This document shows positions 58,537 to 64,000 of a stretch of DNA of 64,000 nucleotides, in pieces (the first letter of the stretch is position 1; the number at the start of each line of letters is the position of its first letter). The DNA is from Opitutales bacterium. Its GTDB lineage: Bacteria > Verrucomicrobiota > Verrucomicrobiia > Opitutales > PNEW01. Where the stretch lies: assembly GCA_963692525.1 (NCBI GenBank), contig OY829953.1, positions 3,908,720 to 3,972,719 of the forward strand, in the 5' to 3' direction. Both the position numbers and the translations under genes were made by a program. Below the pieces are notes generated by a model that saw nothing but the letters and a program-made list of their open reading frames with translations, ran no database searches and was not told where the DNA came from.

Positions 58537-59271
58537 ATGAAAGCACTTCTCGTAAGGGTTGGAATTGATAGCGCTTTTGGTAATTGGAATGCGCCGATAG
58601 ATCCGCAATCGAGGGAATTTGTTTACCTTCCCATTCCAGAAGTTATGCCGAGCCATAAGCATCTGGAGCGTCGTTATACCGAGACCTTGCCAGTATTAAA
58701 ACAGTTTTGTGAAAAATATAAATTGGATTTAGCGCGTGATCTTAATTTTCCAACTTCTCTCTTAAATAAAAAAATGCATTTGGATCCGGATTTCCATGAA
58801 CTGACTTATGGTGATAATGGTGCTAGACGCGGCGTTAATATGTCCCGTATGAAATCTGGTGATGTTCTTGCCTTTTATTCAAGTTTGCGACCAATTAAAG
58901 CGTGTGCGCATACTCTAATATATGCTATAATTGGTCTTTATGTAGTTAAAGAAGTTGTTTCTGTAGGAGAAGTGCAGAAGAAGCTATGGAAACAGAATGC
59001 TCATACCCGTAGAGCAAATCCGCTGGCAGCGGAGATTGTCGTGAGAGCAGAAAAGAATGAATCAGGGCGCTTGGAAAGCTGCATCCCGATTGGGGAGTGG
59101 CGTGATCGAGCTTATCGTGTGCGCGGGGATCTTATTAAAAAGTGGGGAGGAATATCAGTAAATAATGGCTACATACAACGTAGTGCCGTACCACCAGCAC
59201 TTACTCACCCCCAGCGATTTTATGACTGGTTTTTAAAGCAAAACGTCACGCTTATTAAGACGAATAATTAA
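58537..59271 (+). CDS. Hypothetical protein (possible nucleotide-modification-associated fold; unverified)
   Basis: 244 aa. The N terminus, LLVRVGIDSAFGNWNAPIDPQSREFVYLPIPE, reminds me of an R-x-G-x-D-S ... P-I-P-[DE] signature. That is recollection only, with no search run. Confidence 0.5.
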   Translation: MKALLVRVGIDSAFGNWNAPIDPQSREFVYLPIPEVMPSHKHLERRYTETLPVLKQFCEKYKLDLARDLNFPTSLLNKKMHLDPDFHELTYGDNGARRGVNMSRMKSGDVLAFYSSLRPIKACAHTLIYAIIGLYVVKEVVSVGEVQKKLWKQNAHTRRANPLAAEIVVRAEKNESGRLESCIPIGEWRDRAYRVRGDLIKKWGGISVNNGYIQRSAVPPALTHPQRFYDWFLKQNVTLIKTNN

Positions 59272-59279
59272 GTTTATAG

Positions 59280-59535
59280 GTCAAAAAGTCGAAAAGTATA
59301 CGCGTACCGAGGTCGAAGTCCGACATCCTCACATGCGTTTAAGCGGTTATGCGATAAAGAGTGCCGAGGGCGAAGCCCGACATCCTCAAATGGGAATAAG
59401 CGGATACTGCTATGAATTTCCTGCAACACTCTGACCTTCTGGCTTGGAAGATGTCGTTCCGCGAATATGGAACTCGGAACCGGTTCTCTAGCCTTCCTGC
59501 ATAAATCCGCAATCGCATATCGCAAATCGACAATT
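59280..59535. repeat. Mosaic of octamers, two C units, a D unit and AATCCGCAATCG motifs
   Basis: GTCAAAAA GTCGAAAA at 59280-59295, C units at 59304-59335 and 59361-59392, the D unit at 59431-59482, and AATCCGCAATCGCATATCGCAAATCG at 59507-59532. It fills the whole gap between convergent genes. Confidence 0.85.
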
Positions 59536-59539
59536 GTTA

Positions 59540-60271
59540 TCATCCTCTCCCTAAATACAACTGCCCTACGGGTAGAGTGATACACTCATACATATTTACG
59601 TGGGGAGGTAAAGTAACTACGGTGAGCACAACCTTTGCAATATCATCAACAGACATCATGGGTTCCTGGTCTTGGACAGAATCACTCACCACTCGCCGCT
59701 CGATCGCAACATTGCCTGGATGCACACAACTGGCGGCAACCCCAAAATCACGCCCTTCGAGGGCGGTAGCCTTCGTTAATCCCGCAATACCAAATTTGGT
59801 CGCGACATAAGGAGCTGAATTCAGGCGAGGCATCTGGCCCGAAATGCTGCCAATATTGACTATCCTTCCACCTCCCTGCCCTTTCATGATTTTCATCGCT
59901 TCCCGACTACAGAGAAACGTTCCTGTGAGGTTCAAATCGACGACCTGACTCCATTCCTGAAGCGATAATTCATCTATCGATTTACCTACACTTATACCCG
60001 AATTATTAATCAGGATATCCAGACGCCCAAAACTATCCATCGTCTGTTTGAATAGGGCGATGACTGCTTCTTCTTTAGTAATATCAGTCGGAATTACTTT
60101 AACTTCCGAATTATATTCTTTTAGTTCATCTGCGGTCTTTTGCAGATTATCTTCATTACGTGAAGCGAGTACAAGCTGTGCGCCCGCACCGGCTAACGCT
60201 CGAGAAATACCTTTACCAATACCAGTACCGGCTCCCGTAACGATGGCGATTTTACCTTCTAATTCACTCAT
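59540..60271 (-). CDS. Short-chain dehydrogenase/reductase
   Basis: Contains VTGAGTGIGKG, NNSG and YVATKFG motifs. Confidence 0.85.
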   Translation of the reverse strand: MSELEGKIAIVTGAGTGIGKGISRALAGAGAQLVLASRNEDNLQKTADELKEYNSEVKVIPTDITKEEAVIALFKQTMDSFGRLDILINNSGISVGKSIDELSLQEWSQVVDLNLTGTFLCSREAMKIMKGQGGGRIVNIGSISGQMPRLNSAPYVATKFGIAGLTKATALEGRDFGVAASCVHPGNVAIERRVVSDSVQDQEPMMSVDDIAKVVLTVVTLPPHVNMYECITLPVGQLYLGRG

Positions 60272-60500
60272 GGTTTTTTTATTTTTAATTTATATTTGCT
60301 TTTTAAATACGTGTGTTTTGCCAATCTTTACAACAATTCATCATAACTGGAAGCAAAGGCATTAGTGAGCTTTATATTTTAAGACGCTCAATTTACACAA
60401 TAGTAAAATGGAGAAATAACGATGTGTGACTGATAACCATTCACTGGTTAGAGATTCTTCTATTCAATCGAAAATCGAACATCCCGCAATCCGCAATCGT

Positions 60501-60627
60501 CAGTGGCCCTCCAGAAGGGCTGTTCCAGAGCTCGCTTCTTTAATTACGACAAATCTAACGCGGTAGGGACACCGCGTTCCACCTTGATTTTGTATTATAT
60601 AGACGAAGAGGTAGACGTAGACGAAGC
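60501..60627. repeat. Family-A right half (G/C hairpin allele) with right terminus
   Basis: CAGTGGCCCTCCAG ... AACGCGGTAGGGACACCGCGTTCCACC ... AGACGAAGAGGTAGACGTAGACGAAGC. Confidence 0.65.
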
Positions 60628-60641
60628 TTTATATAATAAAA

Positions 60642-61115
60642 CTAATAATTAAGGGGCTGATTTATTTTTATAGGACGCATGAAGGTATAACGAAATTGTC
60701 CATGCAGTGTCGTCTCTTTCATTTTCCAACCTAAATATTTATAAAACCCATTAGCACGAGAATGCGGATCGGCCCCGGTATCCAACCAGATTTCATCATA
60801 GCCCTGTTCCCATAACCAGTGCATGGCCAATTCTAATAAACCGCGACCTATACCTTGACCTTCATAGTCGGGTAAAACAAATAAAGCCCAAACAGATCGT
60901 GTCCGTTTATTGGCAATAGAAAAACCGACCAAAAGGTCATCGGATTCCGCTACCCATCCTTTGCAATCAGACTTAAAGGCCTCTTTCACACTTTCCTGCG
61001 TTATCCCCATATTTCTCAACTCCAGGAGAGACAAGTAGTTCTCTCTCACTTTTACGCGTACCTTAAAAATGGTCGGGATATCCTCGGCTATGGCTTCACG
61101 AAATATCATCTGCAA
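60642..61115 (-). CDS. GNAT family N-acetyltransferase
   Basis: 157 aa. LPDYEGQGIGRGLLE is the acetyl-CoA-binding Q/RxxGxG motif. Confidence 0.8.
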   Translation of the reverse strand: MQMIFREAIAEDIPTIFKVRVKVRENYLSLLELRNMGITQESVKEAFKSDCKGWVAESDDLLVGFSIANKRTRSVWALFVLPDYEGQGIGRGLLELAMHWLWEQGYDEIWLDTGADPHSRANGFYKYLGWKMKETTLHGQFRYTFMRPIKINQPLNY

Positions 61116-61197
61116 AATAAATAATCGAGAAAGATCCTATAAACACCCTATGTATAGATCAAGAAAAAGCGGATAATCCCTCCTACTTCCACCTTGA

Positions 61198-61545
61198 ATA
61201 ATCTTCGTCTGCGTCTTTAATAAGGCTCCTTAGAAATGGAGGGACGCACGGAGCATGTCGGCCATAGTACCGCAACAGCGAAGACGACGGCTGATTGCGT
61301 CCGTTTGACAAGATGGTTACGGCCACGATCAACCGACGCCAAGGCTATGGCCGACAGGCAGGAGCGTGGCCCTCCAGGCGACGGCTGACCCCAAGCGCGC
61401 TTCTTCATTTACAACTCACTTAAACGCGCTAGGGACCAACCTTCGCCAAGGCTATGGCTGGCAGGACTTCGATGAGCTCAGCCGAATCGCAGCGCGTTCC
61501 ACCATGATATTATAGTTAATGATTGGACAGACGAAGACGAAGATT
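61198..61545. mobile_element. Family-A element, 348 bp, inverted module order, with an extra nested core
   Basis: AATAATCTTCGTCTGCGTC on the left and GACGAAGACGAAGATT on the right. The GGACGCA/TGCGTCC hairpin carries a 47-nt core-like insert in its loop. Confidence 0.6.
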
Positions 61546-61581
61546 TCAATTACTCAATGCCTTATTCTGGCATATTTCCAT

Positions 61582-62688
61582 TCAAAAATCATTATCACTC
61601 TCGAGCATTGAAATAGATAAGGGAGTACCCTTCCTTTCTCCATGCATCATAGCGACTCGCTGACATAGGGGAGTCAGTTGGCTTGCGATATATTTTGCTC
61701 CCTCATTATTGGGATGAAATCCATCTGGAAAAAAGAACCCGTATGAATTCGGTGAATCGTAATCCATGTCCTTTAAATTGAGAACCATTGCATCTTTATA
61801 AAATTCATCACGAATTTTATTATTATAGCTAAGAATACCACTTAACCGCGGCGCACGATTGGATACAGGAGGTAAGATAAGAATAATTTCGGTATTGTGT
61901 TCACTTGCCGCGGTGACAAAAGTTTTAAAATTAGCAATCGCATCCTCCATCGGAACTCTCACATTCTTATTAATCTGAGAATGTTGGCCGGCAGGTTGTT
62001 TTATGTACGTTTGATAAAGTGATTCGAATGCGAGGTAAGTGTGAGTTTTTTGAATCCATTTAAGAGGAGCGGCATGAGTAAACTGCAAGAGGTTTAGATA
62101 CTGGTTGTCAGTTAAGAGGGGTGTTTCCCAGATATCATTCCATCCAAAGTAAATAATGAGGAGATCCGGGTTGACCTTGGAAAACCACCTATCGAATACA
62201 ACTTTTCCTTGACTGCTGCTGTAGCCGGGCTGCGAAAAGTTGTAGACTTTAAATGCACCTGACTGTTCACCTAATCTCTCTTCCAATATCGACTGAAACG
62301 TAAGGCGATAATCTAAAATGCCCCAACCAAAAGCACACGAGTCTCCAAGGATCATAACCTTTGTCTCATTATCACTATGCAGATTTGGATCATAAACATT
62401 ACCGCGAAAGCCTAAAGCGTTAATACCCGTATAGCCCTGAATCGGTTCTCCTGATGGATTTTGCTGAACGTGAAATAATAAGCCAGCATCAGGATGTGAG
62501 AGCTCATTTTCTCTCAATGTATATTTTATCGTGCTGGGAATGTTACTTGCCGCATAAGCGGGTAAACCAAGTTTGCGAAAATTGATATAGAGTGGTCGGG
62601 CAAAAAAACAGGTTAACTCAAGACCTCCAAAAAAGAGCCCAACAACGATGGCCGCAAAAAACATCCTCTTCTTTAAAGAAAAGTTCAT
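61582..62688 (-). CDS. SGNH/GDSL hydrolase, membrane-anchored
   Basis: ATG 62688 is preceded by AGGAGG. It has an N-terminal TM, then ILGDSCAFGWG (block I), GWND and DGFHPN (block V). The ORF-track start at 62772 is probably an extension. Confidence 0.8.
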   Translation of the reverse strand: MNFSLKKRMFFAAIVVGLFFGGLELTCFFARPLYINFRKLGLPAYAASNIPSTIKYTLRENELSHPDAGLLFHVQQNPSGEPIQGYTGINALGFRGNVYDPNLHSDNETKVMILGDSCAFGWGILDYRLTFQSILEERLGEQSGAFKVYNFSQPGYSSSQGKVVFDRWFSKVNPDLLIIYFGWNDIWETPLLTDNQYLNLLQFTHAAPLKWIQKTHTYLAFESLYQTYIKQPAGQHSQINKNVRVPMEDAIANFKTFVTAASEHNTEIILILPPVSNRAPRLSGILSYNNKIRDEFYKDAMVLNLKDMDYDSPNSYGFFFPDGFHPNNEGAKYIASQLTPLCQRVAMMHGERKGTPLSISMLESDNDF

Positions 62689-63068
62689 TTGCCTCCTCTT
62701 TTCCTGATCACCTGAAGTACCTTTATCACGATTGGGAACACCAGGTTTATAATCTCTGTATTTTAGTGCCATTCTTCTTTATATTACACTGCTACACTTA
62801 CTGTAAATTCGGATAAAATTCATTTGCAGTGGTTAGTCTCTCAAAACGAACTAATTTTCTGTATAATTCAATGTCATTTTTTTTCTAAAGTGCAATATTA
62901 GAAAATTGACTCCCGCCTGACACTTTGAACCTGTCTCTTAACTCTTAACACTGAATAATTTAATTTTTTTCACTTTTTCCGGGAAGAAAATGGTGCGTCA
63001 CGGCTCTAAGTTTATAATTCAGTGTTTTCGTACATTGTTAACTTATAAACAAACACATACTTATAAAT

Positions 63069-63440
63069 ATGAAATATATTAGCAGTCTTTTGACATGTTG
63101 TATTCTCTTACCTCTTCTCACCGCCTTGGGTTCTGGCGATTATTCGCCACCGCCACGCACCACAGATCATAGTTCCATCTCGTCGGCATCGGCCACTAAA
63201 AACAATATCGATGGGACCCGTTTCAATCTTGGTAAAAATATATATTTGGGGAAGATTGATTTACCGGCAGATCCTATTAATGAGGCAAATTACGAAACGC
63301 AAAATAAAATTCTCACCAAATTGAAAATAACTTTACCTAAAAGCGTAGTAAAAAAACTCGACGCTGCAGCTTTCTCGGGCCGTTTAACTAAAAAGCAATT
63401 TGATAGTTTAAGGTATTTTTTAATTAAACGTTTTAAGTAG
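63069..63440 (+). CDS. Hypothetical secreted protein
   Basis: Signal peptide (LLTCCILLPLLTALGSG); 123 aa and Lys-rich. No family was recognised. Confidence 0.45.
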   Translation: MKYISSLLTCCILLPLLTALGSGDYSPPPRTTDHSSISSASATKNNIDGTRFNLGKNIYLGKIDLPADPINEANYETQNKILTKLKITLPKSVVKKLDAAAFSGRLTKKQFDSLRYFLIKRFK

Positions 63441-63484
63441 AACTAAGCTGAATGGTGTTAGGATAGAACGTATGGATTTGTCGT

Positions 63485-63692
63485 ATTAGTCTTCGTCTCT
63501 GGCTAATATAGATTATCTTGCAATCCATGGTGGAGCGGGCTGTCCCTAGCACGCTTCTTCAATTACAACTTAATCAAACGCGCTAGGGACAGCGCGTTCC
63601 ACCTATCTATTCTATTAATAACTGGATGGACGAGGAGGCTGACCCGTCTTCGCAGTAGTCTACGACGTGGCAAGCGCGGACAGAGACGAAGA
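63485..63692. mobile_element. Family-A element, empty form (no core module)
   Basis: ATTAGTCTTCGTC on the left and GACAGAGACGAAGATG on the right. The interior GGTGGAGCGGGCTG-TCCCTAGCACGC ... GCGCTAGGGACAGCGCGTTCCACC is an uninterrupted 26-bp-arm palindrome. Confidence 0.6.
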
Positions 63693-63727
63693 TGATTGTT
63701 ATACATAGCAGTGAATCAAGCGCGGGC

Positions 63728-63811
63728 CACCCCGGAAGGGGTGAAGGTAAATAGCCAGGGGTTTTAAACCCCTGGTACAATGATTATAATATAAGCGCCC
63801 TGAAGGGGCGC
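63728..63811. repeat. Three GC-rich hairpins
   Basis: CACCCCggaaGGGGTG (63728-43), CCAGGGGTTTtAAACCCCTGG (63755-75) and GCGCCCtgaagGGGCGC (63795-811). The CACCCC...GGGGTG-type first hairpin and overall plan match the 53875-54075 family. Confidence 0.8.
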
Positions 63812-63861
63812 AGGCATTCTGATTACCCTGAAGTTTTGGTTAGAGCGTATGGATTCGTCAT

Positions 63862-64000
63862 ATTAGTCTTCGTCTCTGGCAAATATAGATTATCTTGCAA
63901 TCCATGGTGGAGCGGGCTGCGATTCGGCTGCATTCGGCCCTGAGCTCATGCCGAAGGGAGCTCATCGAAGTCCTGTCCGACATAGCCTTGGCGACGGCTG
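63862..64000. repeat. Family-A element, filled form, truncated by window end
   Basis: The same 85-nt left part as 63456-63542, but GGGCTG is followed by the long core module (CGATTCGGCTGCATTCGGCCCTGAGCTCATGCCGAAGGGAGCTCATCGAAGTCCTGTCCGACATAGCCTTGGCGACGGCTG). Confidence 0.7.

Noticed and set aside
59274-59585. ORFs 59274..59585 and 59339..59533 (minus strand)
   Set aside because: They are composed entirely of C, D and octamer repeat modules between convergent genes. The apparent EDVGLRPR duplication reflects the tandem C units.
61217-61408. 63-aa ORF (minus strand)
   Set aside because: It lies inside the family-A element 61198-61545.
1-64000. tRNA, rRNA, tmRNA, transposase, integrase, phage or toxin-antitoxin genes
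   Set aside because: I saw no cloverleaf-like T-arm or anticodon-arm patterns, no rRNA-like stretches, and no ORF with DDE, tyrosine/serine recombinase or Y1 motifs. This was visual inspection only. A tRNAscan, Infernal and ISfinder run would be needed to be sure.

Overview
This is a 64-kb bacterial chromosomal segment. I recognised no rRNA, tRNA, CRISPR, transposase, integrase or phage genes. There are about 50 credible CDS on both strands. Most are soluble catabolic enzymes that recur as paralogous sets: 3 phytanoyl-CoA-dioxygenase-like, 3 xylose-isomerase-like TIM barrels, 3 SDRs, 2 creatininase-family, 2 enolase-superfamily MR/MLE (one frameshifted), 2 RraA-like, plus GH32, GGT, ALDH and S9/S15/M28 peptidases. 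Transporters include 2 SSS symporters (one fused to a Kelch/NanM-like propeller), a sugar-type ABC system whose binding protein is fused to a permease, a MATE exporter and a TonB-dependent receptor fragment. The enzyme mix suggests a marine or host-associated heterotroph; PVC- or Poribacteria-like is only a guess. Two AT-rich patches (about 12.8-14.4 kb and 26.9-30.3 kb) carry hypothetical secreted proteins and orphan CheY-like receivers. The structure that genes do not explain lies in the intergenic DNA, where at least five interlocking repeat families occur. (A) Elements with AATCTTCGTCTTCGTC inverted termini, 75-416 bp, built from nested palindromic modules. (B) A 29-nt core, CATAGCCTTGGCG-centred, in 14 copies, usually seated at the top of a host stem or arm pair. 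(C) (TTTTGACY)n octamer arrays at nine loci, often in inverted pairs and three times abutting start codons. (D) A 32-nt unit containing a GGGCGAAGCCC mini-hairpin. (E) CACCCC-loop-GGGGTG / GNRA hairpin arrays. By hand tally these fill roughly 4 kb, which is most intergenic DNA longer than 100 bp. This modular, hairpin-in-hairpin repeat system is my main candidate for something undescribed. I do not see a classical multi-gene defence or mobile system.
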